From positions 2,220 through 66,219 of the forward strand of contig JBGQIB010000003.1 in assembly GCA_041498295.1 (NCBI GenBank): a stretch of DNA of 64,000 bases, written 5' to 3'. Below are positions 20,696-31,048 of this stretch, in pieces (positions within the stretch are counted from its first letter, which is position 1; each line of letters starts with the position of its first letter). The notes under the pieces are model-generated. The model saw only the letters and a list, made by a program, of their open reading frames with translations, was not told the DNA's origin and did not search any database. Origin of the DNA: a bacterium (lineage in GTDB: Bacteria; Myxococcota_A; UBA9160; SZUA-336). Made by a program: the position numbers and the translations under genes.

Positions 20696-21907
20696 CTATC
20701 TCACGTTCAAACCCGCCCAGCGCTTCAGCTCGCGTCGGGCGATCACCATCTTGTGCACTTCATCCGGGCCGTCAGCGATGCGCAGCGAGCGGCCGTTGCG
20801 CCACATCGCCGCCACCGGTGTGTCGTCCGAGACGCCGAGTGACCCGAGCGTCTGGATCGCGCGGTCGCAGACGTCCATGAGCAGGTTCGCTGCGATGACC
20901 TTGATCATCGAGATCTCCTGCGCCGCTTCCTTCTTGCCGACGGTGTCCATCTTCCACGCCGTGAAAAGGGTGAAGAGCCGCGCCTGGTCGATCTCCATCT
21001 TCGACTTCGCGATGAAGTCTTGGACGAACTGCTTCGTGCCGAGCGGCTCGCCGCCGACCTTCCGCGAAGCCGCGTAGCTCACCATGATTTCGAAGGCGCG
21101 CTGCGCGCCGCCGACGCAGCGCATGCAGTGGTGGATGCGGCCGGGGCCGAGCCGCGCCTGCGCGATCGCGAAGCCCGCTCCCTCCGGGCCGAGCCGGTTC
21201 GCGACCGGCACGCGGCAGTCCTCGTAGCGGATCTCGCAGTGACCCCCGCCGCCCGCGTGACCCATCACCGAGACCGCGCGCACGATCTTGAAGCCCGGCG
21301 TGGTCGTCGGGACGAGGATCATGCTCGCGCGCTGGTGCGGCGCCGCGCTCGGATCGGTGACCGCCATGACGATCGCGAACTCCGCGCCGATCGCCCCCGA
21401 GGTGAACCACTTGTGCCCGTTCAGCACGTACTCCTCGCCGTCGCGCTTCGCCAGCGTGGTGAGCTGCGTCGGGTCCGCGCTCGAGACTTCCGGCTCGGTC
21501 ATCGAGAAACACGAGCGGATCTTCCCGTCGAGCAACGGCTGCAGGAACTTCTTCTTCTGCTTCTCGTCGCCGAACTCGGCGAGGATCTCCATGTTGCCGG
21601 TGTCGGGCGCGGCGCAGTTGAAGACGCGCGAAGCGATGCCGACGCGGCCCATGATCTCGGCGAGCGGCGCGTACTCGAGGTTCGTGAGTCCCGCGCCGTG
21701 CTCCTGGTCGGGCAAAAAGAGATTCCAGAGGCCGAGTTTCTTCGCCTTGTTCTTCAGCTCATCGAGAATCTCCGGGAAGTGATGCGGATTCCCGGACGCC
21801 TCGATCTGCTCCGCCGCGACGCGCTCCGCCGGATAGACGAACTCATCCATGAAGCGCTCGAGCTGGCTCTGAATCTGCTTGACCTTGTCGCTGGGTTCGA
21901 AATCCAT
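20696..21907 (-). CDS. acyl-CoA dehydrogenase
   Basis: 403 aa. CFSMTEP, KWFTSGA and IADGPDEVH patterns of the ACAD family. Confidence 0.9.
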   Translation of the reverse strand: MDFEPSDKVKQIQSQLERFMDEFVYPAERVAAEQIEASGNPHHFPEILDELKNKAKKLGLWNLFLPDQEHGAGLTNLEYAPLAEIMGRVGIASRVFNCAAPDTGNMEILAEFGDEKQKKKFLQPLLDGKIRSCFSMTEPEVSSADPTQLTTLAKRDGEEYVLNGHKWFTSGAIGAEFAIVMAVTDPSAAPHQRASMILVPTTTPGFKIVRAVSVMGHAGGGGHCEIRYEDCRVPVANRLGPEGAGFAIAQARLGPGRIHHCMRCVGGAQRAFEIMVSYAASRKVGGEPLGTKQFVQDFIAKSKMEIDQARLFTLFTAWKMDTVGKKEAAQEISMIKVIAANLLMDVCDRAIQTLGSLGVSDDTPVAAMWRNGRSLRIADGPDEVHKMVIARRELKRWAGLNVR

Positions 21908-21947
21908 GGGACTCTTCTGCCTCCGTCGGGGCCGATCCTATCAGGCC

Positions 21948-22000
21948 CCTCAATCGCCCGTGTACTTCGGCGTTCTCTTCTCCAAGAACGCCTTCACGCC
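21948..22000. repeat. 53-bp exact duplicate of the 3' end (last 16 codons plus stop) of the enoyl-CoA hydratase gene
   Basis: Identical to 22093-22145. On the minus strand it encodes GVKAFLEKRTPKYTGD followed by a stop. Confidence 0.9.
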
Positions 22001-22094
22001 TGTACCGGCGGGGCCCGGCGCGTGGGCGGCCACGCGCCACCCGCATTCGCTCGGCTACGCCTCGCTGCTCGGGCCCGAGCGCTGCCGAGACACC

Positions 22095-22907
22095 TCAATC
22101 GCCCGTGTACTTCGGCGTTCTCTTCTCCAAGAACGCCTTCACGCCCTCGCGAAAGTCGCCGCTGTGCGAGGCGAGGATCTGGTTTCGGTCTTCCATCGCG
22201 ATCGCGGCCTCGAGCGTGGGCGCGTCGATGCTCCAGTTGAGACAGTCCTTCGTGAGGCGCACGCCGACGGGAGAGTTGCGCAGGATGTTGGCGGCCATGT
22301 CTCGTCCCGCCTTCTCGAGCTCCGTGTCGGGAACGACGCGCGAGACGAGTCCGGTGGCGAGCGCGCGTGGCGCCTCGATGAAGCCGCCCGTGAGCAGGAG
22401 CTCCGACGCGACCGATGCGCCGACGATACGCGGCAGGAAGTACGACGCGCCGATGTCGCACGCGCCCAGCCCGATGCGGATGAAGGCCGCGTTCATGCGC
22501 GCCGACTCGCCGGCGATGCGGATGTCCGCCGCGAGCGCGAGCGCAAAGCCGCCGCCCGACGCCGCGCCGTGCACGAGCGCGATGAACGGCTGCGCGACGC
22601 GGCGCATCTTGATCACGAGCTCCGCGATCCGGTGTTGCCCGCGCAGACTCGCCGAGACACTCGGGCGCAGCGTCGCCGAGCCGCCCGACTGCGCCTTCAG
22701 GTCGAGCCCGGCGCAGAAGCCGCGCCCCGCCCCGCGCAACACGACGACGCGCGCCTCGGTGTCGTCGTGCAGACGGTCCAGGAAGAGATGCAACTCAGCG
22801 ATGAGCTGCGGGCTCATCGCGTTCAAGACCTCCGGCCGATTCAGCGTGCAGAACACCAGCCCGTCCGCTTCGCGCGTGACCACCAGCGTTTCGTAGCTCT
22901 CACTCAT
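22095..22907 (-). CDS. enoyl-CoA hydratase/isomerase family protein
   Basis: VVVLRGAGRGFCAGLDLK oxyanion-hole motif; crotonase-fold length. Confidence 0.9.
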   Translation of the reverse strand: MSESYETLVVTREADGLVFCTLNRPEVLNAMSPQLIAELHLFLDRLHDDTEARVVVLRGAGRGFCAGLDLKAQSGGSATLRPSVSASLRGQHRIAELVIKMRRVAQPFIALVHGAASGGGFALALAADIRIAGESARMNAAFIRIGLGACDIGASYFLPRIVGASVASELLLTGGFIEAPRALATGLVSRVVPDTELEKAGRDMAANILRNSPVGVRLTKDCLNWSIDAPTLEAAIAMEDRNQILASHSGDFREGVKAFLEKRTPKYTGD

Positions 22908-22924
22908 GACTCACCCCTTCTTCC

Positions 22925-24538
22925 TCACGCGCGATCGAACAGAACGCCGGGGTTCAACACCCAGCTCGGGTCGAGCTCGCGCTTCGCGGCGCGCAGCGTG
23001 CGCGCGAAGAGCTCGGGACGTTCGCGATCGTAGCCGGCGCGGTGATCGCGCCCGACGGCGTGGTGATGCGTGATGGTCGCGCCCTCTTCGCCGAGGATCT
23101 CGCTCGCGATCCGCTTCACCTCGCCCCATTGCTCGAGCTCGCTGCCGCGCTTCACGGGCGCGAGCAGCGAGTAGTACGGGGCGGGCCCGTCGGGGTACAC
23201 GTGCGTGAAGCGGCAGGTGAGTGTGCCCGCGCCGCAGACGCGGACGAGCGCGTCGCGCACCTCGGTCATTACGCGCTGGTGTAGGCGTTCGAAGCCGTCC
23301 CACGTGATCGCGGTCTCGAAGGTCTCCGCGAGCACGCCGATCGAGACCAGCGCGTCGCGCAGATACGGCGCGCCGATGAACGAGTTGCGCCACGTCCCGG
23401 CGCTGCCTTCGCGCGTGGCCGCGTCGTCGCCGCGCGTGCGAATCGCGTCGTCCGGAACCACGCCGGCGTGATCGCGGCACAGCTCGACCGCGCGCCGCAT
23501 CCACGGGTCGAGATCGTGGTCGGCCGACTCGAAGCCCAGCACGAGGATCGCCTCGCTTCCGTTCCCGCCCGCGGAGCTGGCGGCCTCGCCCGGGTCGAGC
23601 AGGCGGCAGTTCGCGGGCTCCAGGCCCGACTGCGACAGCGCGCGCACCGCGCGCACCCCGGCGGCGAAGCTCGCGAAGCGCACGCTCGCGTTTGCGCGCC
23701 GCGTGGGCCGGTCCTGCAGCCGAACCCATGCCTCCGTGATCACGCCCAGCGTGCCCTCCGAGCCGATGAACAGCCGGTCGGGCGCGGGCCCGGCGCCCGA
23801 GCCCGGCAGGCGCCGCGTGGCGACGACACCAGACGGTGTCACCACGCGCAGCGCCTCGACGAAGTCGTCGATGTGCGTGTAGTGGGTCGCGAAGTGACCG
23901 CCGCTGCGCGTCGCGATCCAGCCGCCGAGCGAGCTGAACTCGAACGACTGCGGAAAGTGACGCAGAGTGAGTCCGTGGGGGCGGAGCTGGTCCTCGAGCG
24001 CCGGCCCGAGCACCCCCGCTTCGATGCGCGCCGCGCGCGACGCGCGATCGAGCTCGAGCACGCGCGCCATGCGCGAGAGGTCGAGTGTCACCACGCCGCG
24101 ATAGTCGCCGTCGATGCAAGTCTCCACGCCGCCGACGACGCTCGACCCGCCGCCGAACGGGACCGCCGCGATGCCCGCGCGCGCGCAGTGGTCGAGCACG
24201 TCCCCGACTTCGGCCTCGCTCGTCGGGAACGCGACCCAGTCCGGCGGCTGCGCGAAGTCGCGCCGTTGCGCGCGCACCGCGTCGCGGTAACTCCGCCCGT
24301 ACGTGTGGAGCGCGCGCTCCCACGGGTCGTCGGACGCGAGCGCGGCGAGCGCGGCGGGCGCGCGCGTGCGCGGCACCGGCAGAGCGATTTCCTCGATGCG
24401 CGGCAGCCGCGCGGGCGCGAGATCCGCCCGCCCGAAGCGCTCGCCGAGCGACTTCGCGAGCCGCGCGCGAGCCGCGTCGTCGGGACCCGCGCCCTCGTAA
24501 CCCCAACCCCAGAAGCTCCGCCGCTTCACAGGACGCAT
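22925..24538 (-). CDS. FAD-linked oxidase, alkyldihydroxyacetonephosphate-synthase (AGPS)-like
   Basis: N-terminal FWGWGYEG motif typical of AGPS; PFGGGSSVVGG FAD-binding PCMH motif. Confidence 0.75.
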   Translation of the reverse strand: MRPVKRRSFWGWGYEGAGPDDAARARLAKSLGERFGRADLAPARLPRIEEIALPVPRTRAPAALAALASDDPWERALHTYGRSYRDAVRAQRRDFAQPPDWVAFPTSEAEVGDVLDHCARAGIAAVPFGGGSSVVGGVETCIDGDYRGVVTLDLSRMARVLELDRASRAARIEAGVLGPALEDQLRPHGLTLRHFPQSFEFSSLGGWIATRSGGHFATHYTHIDDFVEALRVVTPSGVVATRRLPGSGAGPAPDRLFIGSEGTLGVITEAWVRLQDRPTRRANASVRFASFAAGVRAVRALSQSGLEPANCRLLDPGEAASSAGGNGSEAILVLGFESADHDLDPWMRRAVELCRDHAGVVPDDAIRTRGDDAATREGSAGTWRNSFIGAPYLRDALVSIGVLAETFETAITWDGFERLHQRVMTEVRDALVRVCGAGTLTCRFTHVYPDGPAPYYSLLAPVKRGSELEQWGEVKRIASEILGEEGATITHHHAVGRDHRAGYDRERPELFARTLRAAKRELDPSWVLNPGVLFDRA

Positions 24539-24539
24539 T

Positions 24540-25346
24540 ATGGCCGAGTCGCTAGTCTGTGCGTCGATGGGGAGATCGGGGCGGATCGAGCGCTTCGTGC
24601 GCGGTGTCGGCGCGCTCCTCTTTCTACCGGTCGCGCTGATTCTCTGGAGCGCGGGCGCCTTCGTGCACGCCTTCTTCGGCGCGACGCCGCGCCAAGCGCA
24701 CCGCTACTACGTCGGCTTCGGGCGCACCTGCATCGGCGTCGCGGGCACGCAGATCGAGGTTCGCGGCCGCGAGCACCTCCGGCCGGGTCAGGCGTACGTC
24801 GTGGTGTCGAATCACGAGAGCAACTGGGATCCGCCCGTGATTCTCTGCTCGCTGCCCGAGCTCGTGATCCGCTTCGTGCTGAAGACACAGCTCTTGAAGG
24901 TGCCCGTCTTCGGACCGGCGCTGCGGCGCACCGGCAACATCGCCGTCGATCGGCGACAGAGTGGCGGCGACGTGCGGCGCGTGCAAACCGGCATGTCCGA
25001 GCGCCCCCCCGACGTGTCGATCCTGTTCTTCGCGGAAGGCAACCGCGCGCGCGACGGCGCCTACCGCGCGTTCAAGATGGGCGCGTTCGCGACCGCGCTC
25101 GACTTCAAGCTGCCCATCCTGCCGATCGCGGTCGCGGGCACCTTTCGGATCTGGCCGCCCGGTCGGCCGTGGCTCGTGCCCGCGCCGGTCGTGCTCGAGA
25201 TCGGTGCGCCCATTTCGGTCGAGGGCTACGGCGCGGGCGACCGCGGTCGCCTGCGCGACGAGACGCACCGCATCGTCGCCGAGCTGCGCGCGAGCGCGCG
25301 CGCGCGACTGCGCGAGCAAGGCGTGGACCCGGGCGGGATCGACTGA
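24540..25346 (+). CDS. 1-acyl-sn-glycerol-3-phosphate acyltransferase family (PlsC-like)
   Basis: NHESNWD (HX4D) and FAEGNR motifs. Its start codon lies 1 bp from the divergent AGPS-like start. Confidence 0.85.
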   Translation: MAESLVCASMGRSGRIERFVRGVGALLFLPVALILWSAGAFVHAFFGATPRQAHRYYVGFGRTCIGVAGTQIEVRGREHLRPGQAYVVVSNHESNWDPPVILCSLPELVIRFVLKTQLLKVPVFGPALRRTGNIAVDRRQSGGDVRRVQTGMSERPPDVSILFFAEGNRARDGAYRAFKMGAFATALDFKLPILPIAVAGTFRIWPPGRPWLVPAPVVLEIGAPISVEGYGAGDRGRLRDETHRIVAELRASARARLREQGVDPGGID

Positions 25347-25352
25347 CGTAGA

Positions 25353-26222
25353 ATGCGCGCGATGGAGCCTACCTCGCTGCGCCTGCCCGGTACGCACGGA
25401 CTCACGCTGCACGCGCTCGAATGGAGCCACGAGGGAACGCTGCTCCTGTTTCTGCACGGGTTCAGCAACGACGCGCACGTGTGGGACTGGGCCGCGCCGG
25501 CGTTCGCAGAGAGCTATCGGGTGGTCGCGCTCGACCACCGCGGACACGGCGACTCCGACCGCGACCCCGAGGGCCGATACGACCACGAGACGATGGCGCG
25601 CGACGTCGCCGCCGCGCTCGAGTCACTCGGCGTCGTACGCATCGTGCTCGTCGGCCACTCGCTCGGCGGGCGCGTCGCGATGCGCTTCGCCGGCCTGTTT
25701 CCCGAGCAGGTGGCGGGCCTGGTCATCGTCGACTCGGCGCCCGAGCTCGACGCGCGCGGCACCACACGCATCCGCCTGGACGTGCAGCAGCAGGACCCGT
25801 CGTTCGCGAGCGTGCGGGACTACGAGCGCATCCTGCAGCGGCAGTACCCGGCCACCCGCCCCGAGCTGCTCGCGAAGCTCGCCGGGCACTGGACGCGCGC
25901 GCGGTCGGACGGCCGCTTCGAGCTGAAGCTCGATCCGGCGTTCATGCGCGGCCGGCGCGGCGTGTCCGAGGAGGAGCTCGCGCGCGGGTCGGCGGAGGAA
26001 GCGAAACACCTCTGGGCCGCGCTCGAGCAGCTGCCCTGCCCGGCGCTCGTCGTGCGCGGCGCCGCGTCGGACGTGCTCTCCGCGGACGTAGCGGACAAGA
26101 TGGCCGACGAGGTTCTGAAGCAAGGCCGCCTGGAAGTGATTGCGCGCGCGGGTCACTCCGTCATGCTCGACAACCCCGAGGCGTTCGAGAAAGCGCTCGC
26201 CGGCTTCGTTCTGGGCGACTGA
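25353..26222 (+). CDS. alpha/beta hydrolase
   Basis: LHGFS...VGHSLGG nucleophile elbow. Confidence 0.85.
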   Translation: MRAMEPTSLRLPGTHGLTLHALEWSHEGTLLLFLHGFSNDAHVWDWAAPAFAESYRVVALDHRGHGDSDRDPEGRYDHETMARDVAAALESLGVVRIVLVGHSLGGRVAMRFAGLFPEQVAGLVIVDSAPELDARGTTRIRLDVQQQDPSFASVRDYERILQRQYPATRPELLAKLAGHWTRARSDGRFELKLDPAFMRGRRGVSEEELARGSAEEAKHLWAALEQLPCPALVVRGAASDVLSADVADKMADEVLKQGRLEVIARAGHSVMLDNPEAFEKALAGFVLGD

Positions 26223-26280
26223 GCGCCCGCCTCAAGACGCGCCCCCGCGACACCGATGCAGGGCCGTCGGAGGTTGCGCC

Positions 26281-26682
26281 ATGAAGGACGGTCGAACGCG
26301 TCAGGTTCCGGTGTCGCGCTCGGAGCGGCGCGACGGGTATCTCGCCTCGCACTCCGTGTCGCTGGTCTTCGCGTCGGGTCCGCTCGCGGGCAGCGAGGTC
26401 GCGCTCGAGCGGCCGCGCCTCACGATCGGTCGCGGCAAGGACTCCGAGGTCGTCGTCGACGACGCGTCCATTTCGCATCAGCACGCCGCCCTCGAGCTCG
26501 GCTCGGGCGGCTACCGGATTCGCGACCTCGGCAGCACCAATGGCGTGGTCGTGAACGGCGCACGCTTGGCGCTCTCGGAGCTGAAGCACGGCGACACGAT
26601 CGCGCTCGGACAGATCGAGCTGCGCTACGTGGTCGCGGCGCGCAGCTCCACGCCGAAGACGCACGTCGTCGACGCGGACTAG
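26281..26682 (+). CDS. FHA-domain protein
   Basis: TIGRG...DDASISHQHA...STNGVVVNG FHA signature. Start at the internal ATG. Confidence 0.85.
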   Translation: MKDGRTRQVPVSRSERRDGYLASHSVSLVFASGPLAGSEVALERPRLTIGRGKDSEVVVDDASISHQHAALELGSGGYRIRDLGSTNGVVVNGARLALSELKHGDTIALGQIELRYVVAARSSTPKTHVVDAD

Positions 26683-26703
26683 CTCGGGCGCCCGCACACG
26701 CAG

Positions 26704-28029
26704 ATGTCGGGCAGCGGGCCGCGCACCATCGGAAACTTCACGATCGAGCGGGAGCTCGGTTCCGGCGGCATGGGCGTCGTGCTGCTCGGGCGGCATCAGT
26801 CACTCGATCGGCCCGCGGTCCTGAAGCGGCTGCGCCCGGAGCTCGCCGCCAGCGAGGATCTGGTCGAGCGCTTCGCGCGCGAAGCGCGCGCGGCGGCCGC
26901 AATCCACCACCAGAACGTCGTCGCGGTCTATGACTGGATCTCCTGGCGCGGCGAGCACTACATCGCGCAGGAGTACGTCGACGGCGTCGACCTGCGCGCG
27001 GCGCTCGGGCTCGCGCAGCGCTTTCCGTGGCGCGTGGCGGCGCTGGTGGCGCTCGAGCTCGCGCGCGGGCTCGAGGCGATTCACGCGCGCGGCATGGTGC
27101 ACCGCGATTTGAAGCCCGCGAACGTGCTACTCGGCCGCAACGGCGACGTGAAGATCGCCGACTTCGGCATCGCCCTCGACGCGACGAGCGACGGACTCAC
27201 TCGCCCCGGCACGACCATCGGCTCACCGCCGTACATCGCCCCCGAGCAGCTGCTCGGCGAACGCGTCGACGCGCGCGGGGACTTGTTCGGGCTCGGGGTC
27301 GTGCTCTACGAGCTGCTCACCGGCGCACCGCCGTATCGCGAGCCGACCGAAGGCGAGACGGACAGCCTCTTGACTCGCATCCAGCGCGAGCGCTTCGAGC
27401 CGGTGCGGCGCGTGAGTCGCGACACGCCGCGCTGGCTGGCGCGACTCGTGCGCTCGCTCCTGCGCGCCAAGCCGCGCTCGCGGCCGGCGTCCGCGCAGCG
27501 CGTCCGCCGCCTGCTCGAGGCACGGCTGCGCGCGTTTCCCGCCGAGGCAAAGCTCGAGCTGGCGAGCTGGCTCTGGGAGGAAGGCGTGTTCCGGCCGCGC
27601 GAGGGCGACACCGTCGTGCTTTCTTCCGACGCTCCGCCGCCGCGCAGAGTGCGCCGCGGACGCGCGCTCGCCTACGCCGCGGCCGCGATGTGCGCGCTCC
27701 TGATCGGATCCTTCGCGGTCGCGCCGGGCCTCTCGCCGAGCGATCTCGTCGCGCGGGCGTTCGCGCTCGCGAGTCACTCTCAGTCGGTGAACGGACCCGC
27801 GCACGTGCGCTTCGCCACCGATCAACGGCTGCGCGTCGCGATCGACGCCGCAGCGGCGGTCGCGGTCGAGCCGGACGACGAGCGCGAGCTCGCCCCCGGT
27901 CGACACCGGCTGGTCTTCGAATGGCCGAGCGGCGCGCGCGACGTGGTCGAGCTGGAGCTCGGCGCGGGCGAGCGGCGCAGCGTGCGGCCGGAGCTGCCGG
28001 CGCCGGACGCAGAGCCCGAAGCGAACTAA
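26704..28029 (+). CDS. serine/threonine protein kinase with a C-terminal membrane-anchored domain
   Basis: [22 protein letters not shown] and APE Hanks motifs; a hydrophobic helix after the kinase domain. Confidence 0.9.
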   Translation: MSGSGPRTIGNFTIERELGSGGMGVVLLGRHQSLDRPAVLKRLRPELAASEDLVERFAREARAAAAIHHQNVVAVYDWISWRGEHYIAQEYVDGVDLRAALGLAQRFPWRVAALVALELARGLEAIHARGMVHRDLKPANVLLGRNGDVKIADFGIALDATSDGLTRPGTTIGSPPYIAPEQLLGERVDARGDLFGLGVVLYELLTGAPPYREPTEGETDSLLTRIQRERFEPVRRVSRDTPRWLARLVRSLLRAKPRSRPASAQRVRRLLEARLRAFPAEAKLELASWLWEEGVFRPREGDTVVLSSDAPPPRRVRRGRALAYAAAAMCALLIGSFAVAPGLSPSDLVARAFALASHSQSVNGPAHVRFATDQRLRVAIDAAAAVAVEPDDERELAPGRHRLVFEWPSGARDVVELELGAGERRSVRPELPAPDAEPEAN

Positions 28030-28030
28030 G

Positions 28031-28885
28031 TCACTCGAAGCGCGCGCGCAGCTCCGGCGAGACGATCGGACACGCGTCGTCGGGTCTGCGCACGAAGCGC
28101 TTCCGGTTGCGCGCGATCGCATCGTAGAGGCGGTCGAGCCAGGCTCGCGGCAAGAAGCGCGCCGCGCGCGCGCCGATTCGCCAGAGCCCGCCCAGGCGCT
28201 CGCCGATCTCGAGCGTCGCCGCGGAGCGCAGGAGCCAGGTTCCGTCCGGGAGCGCGAGCACCAGGCTGTCGGGGAGCGTGGCGCGCACGTCGGCCGGGGC
28301 GATGCGTGCGAACGACTCACTCGCGAGCGGCGCGAACCGGAAGCCTCTTCCGTCGCGGTCTTCGGCCAGCACGAAGCGCACCGCGGCATGACACAGGCCG
28401 CACTCGCCATCGTAGAAGAGCCGCGCCGGCAGCGCGTCGCGCTTCGGCGGGACCGAGCCCGGATCGAAGGCGAGGAGCGCGAGCGGAACCCAGATCACGC
28501 CCGGTGACCCGAACTTGCCGAACATGACGAGTAGGGCGATGAGCGCGAGCAAGCGCGCGGCGAGGTGCACGCGCGTGGGCAGCCACCACCCCGCTCCAGG
28601 ATCGGCGCGGTTGCGCGCGCCCCACGAGCCATAGGGCCGCCCGGGTGTCACGAAGTGAAGCGCGACGAGCACCGTGGCGATCGCCCCGCCGGTCGTGAGC
28701 CACGGCGAGATCGCCAGGGAGAGTGCGGCACCGGCCACGAACGCGAGCGCCGCAAGTCGATCCCCCGCCCCGAGCGCGAGCGGAACGGAGAGAATCCAAC
28801 CGCCGACACCGAAGTGCGTCGCGAGCGCCGCGGCCAGCAGCACACGGTACACGCTGTACTGCCCGCCGGTCCAGCCGTTCTTCAA
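28031..28885 (-). CDS. membrane protein fused to a DCC-family thiol-disulfide oxidoreductase (DUF393) domain
   Basis: C-terminal FYDGECGLCH motif; multi-helix N-terminal half. TTG start inferred just after the upstream gene stop. Confidence 0.65.
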   Translation of the reverse strand: MKNGWTGGQYSVYRVLLAAALATHFGVGGWILSVPLALGAGDRLAALAFVAGAALSLAISPWLTTGGAIATVLVALHFVTPGRPYGSWGARNRADPGAGWWLPTRVHLAARLLALIALLVMFGKFGSPGVIWVPLALLAFDPGSVPPKRDALPARLFYDGECGLCHAAVRFVLAEDRDGRGFRFAPLASESFARIAPADVRATLPDSLVLALPDGTWLLRSAATLEIGERLGGLWRIGARAARFLPRAWLDRLYDAIARNRKRFVRRPDDACPIVSPELRARFE

Positions 28886-28892
28886 CGCCCGC

Positions 28893-30773
28893 TCAGTCTT
28901 CTTCCTGCAGGTGCAGGAGCAGGATGCGGCGGATCTCCTCGATCGTCTCGGGGTTGCCCTGCGCCGAGTGACCCGAGTGCACGATCTTCTCGGAGTCCAC
29001 ACCCTTGATGTGCGCGCTCGAGTAGCGGACCACCCCGTCGCTCGCGTCTTTCAGCGGGCCGTCTCCGTCCACTGCGATGATGGAGTGCGCGTGCACGCCC
29101 GGCGCGATCGGCAGCCTCGCGAGCGTCTTGATGAACCGACTCCCCGGCCTCATGTTGTCGATGCTCGTCCTGTTTTCGAGCGACGACAGCGCGATCTTCC
29201 CGGGGTTCAGCGAAATCACGTCCGCGACGCGCTTGGTCATCCCGCTCGGCAGCTCGACCAGCGAGCTCGTGATGCGCGCCAGGCTCAATGCCGCCAGGTA
29301 ACTCCCGCGCTGCGGCGTGCACACGAACACGACGCGCTTCACGAACGGCTCGGGTGTGAAGATCGACGCGTTCTCGAACGCTTTCCGCGTCTTGGGATCG
29401 GCGACCAGCTCGTCGGGCGAGAGCTGGGTCGCGTTGTGCCAGAAGCGCAGGCCACTGTCGACGACCGCGAGCTTGGTGAGTAGACCGCCCTGACTGTGGC
29501 CGATGATGACCATCTTGCGCAGCGCGGCGTCGCTGCCGTTGGGATCCAACTCGCTCACGGCGCGCTCGAGTGACTCGCGCATGATCCCCGCGGAATAGCC
29601 GATCGGGTTGCCGCTGTTGTACATGTACAGCCAGATCTGGTACCGGTCGACGATCCGGTCGTCGATCTCGAGCTCGTTGATCAGATCGGCCCAGCGCGCC
29701 GGGCTCGACGCAGTTCCGTGCACGAGCACGATCGGGATGCGCCCCGGCCGGTACGGTTGCACGAACACCAGGCCGTCGTCGGCGCCCCGGTCGTGCCAGG
29801 GGTTCACGGCCGCCGAGAAGAAGCCCGCAAGCTCGAAGTCCCACCAATGCGACTCACCGAGCGTGGAGGCGAGCGCGGAGCTGAGCTCGAACTCGAGCGG
29901 CCAATCGCGCTTGCCCGCGCCGACGTGCAGCGCGTCGTCGGCAGAGTAGATCTCGAGCTTCCCGCGCAGCCAGCCGCCAACGATCGCCGCGCGCGGACTC
30001 TCGATGCGCAGAAACGCGGTGACCGGAATCTTCAGGTTCGGCGGAATGCGGCGGTGACCCGCGACGACGCGATTCGTGTCCTCCTTCCAGAGTCCGGCGA
30101 CGAGCGGCGCGCCGATCCCGGCGCGCCGATAGCGGTTGCGCAGCCCGCGCACCACCTCGAGGTCAGCCGCCGGCACGAAGTGTTCCAGCCGGTATCCGCC
30201 CCACGACAACGCCGCCGGATCCGCTTCGAGCTCGAGAGCGCCGAAAGGCAGGATGTGGGGCCCGGATCCGATCACCCACTCGCCGTTGGAGCCGGTCGCC
30301 AGTCCCTCCGCCAGACCGCGGTTGTAGAGGTCGCAGGCGACGCGCAGCCGCGGGTCAGTCGGGTCGAGTGGCAGATCGGTCTCGAGCTCGGAGAACAGCA
30401 GCGCGTACGCGTACGCTGCGGCGGCCAGGTAGTAACTCCGGTCATTGCTCCGCTCGGCGTACAGATACGAGAGCTCGGACAGCGCGAATAGGCGATAGCG
30501 GTCGCCGCTCGAGTCGAGCCCGGCGTGCAAGTCATGCAGCGCGCCGACCGGGTCCTCCTGGAACTTCAGGTAAAGGTCGAGACGCTGGAGCAACTGCACC
30601 GAGAGAGCGCTCGGCTGCTCCGAGTTCAGCACGTTCGAGGTGACCTGGCGCTGCACGCTGGTCGGATCGGCGCGCTCGACGCGCACCGGAACGGCTCCGC
30701 AGGCCGCGAGCACGAACGCGCCGAGGGCCGCGGCCGCGAGGCGCCGCGCTATCGCGCGAAGCGTCCGAGCCAA
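28893..30773 (-). CDS. lipoprotein with a C-terminal alpha/beta-hydrolase (lipase-like) domain
   Basis: LAAC lipobox; VLVHGTASS and IGHSQGG nucleophile elbow. Confidence 0.7.
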   Translation of the reverse strand: MARTLRAIARRLAAAALGAFVLAACGAVPVRVERADPTSVQRQVTSNVLNSEQPSALSVQLLQRLDLYLKFQEDPVGALHDLHAGLDSSGDRYRLFALSELSYLYAERSNDRSYYLAAAAYAYALLFSELETDLPLDPTDPRLRVACDLYNRGLAEGLATGSNGEWVIGSGPHILPFGALELEADPAALSWGGYRLEHFVPAADLEVVRGLRNRYRRAGIGAPLVAGLWKEDTNRVVAGHRRIPPNLKIPVTAFLRIESPRAAIVGGWLRGKLEIYSADDALHVGAGKRDWPLEFELSSALASTLGESHWWDFELAGFFSAAVNPWHDRGADDGLVFVQPYRPGRIPIVLVHGTASSPARWADLINELEIDDRIVDRYQIWLYMYNSGNPIGYSAGIMRESLERAVSELDPNGSDAALRKMVIIGHSQGGLLTKLAVVDSGLRFWHNATQLSPDELVADPKTRKAFENASIFTPEPFVKRVVFVCTPQRGSYLAALSLARITSSLVELPSGMTKRVADVISLNPGKIALSSLENRTSIDNMRPGSRFIKTLARLPIAPGVHAHSIIAVDGDGPLKDASDGVVRYSSAHIKGVDSEKIVHSGHSAQGNPETIEEIRRILLLHLQEED

Positions 30774-31048
30774 TCGCCCACCACTCGCTGCAAGCGCTTC
30801 CCGTTCAGCTGATACACGCGCTCACGCCCGCGTGTCTCGACTTCGACGAGCGCGGCCTCCTCGAGCTGCTTCAGATGGCGGCTCGTCGTCGGCCACGTGC
30901 AATCAAAGCGCGCGGCGATCTCGCCTGCGGTCATCGTGCCGCCGTGGAGGTGCAGAACCAAGAGGACGTGCCGGCGCGAGGGGTGCGCGAGACACGCGAA
31001 GACCGAGTCGAGCTCCGCGAGCTCGCGCCGTGCGTCACGTTTGGCCAA
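30749..31048 (-). CDS. ArsR/SmtB family transcriptional regulator
   Basis: LAHPSRRHVLLVL...AGEIAARFDCTWPTTSRHLKQLEEAALV winged HTH. Confidence 0.85.
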   Translation of the reverse strand: MAKRDARRELAELDSVFACLAHPSRRHVLLVLHLHGGTMTAGEIAARFDCTWPTTSRHLKQLEEAALVEVETRGRERVYQLNGKRLQRVVGDWLGRFAR

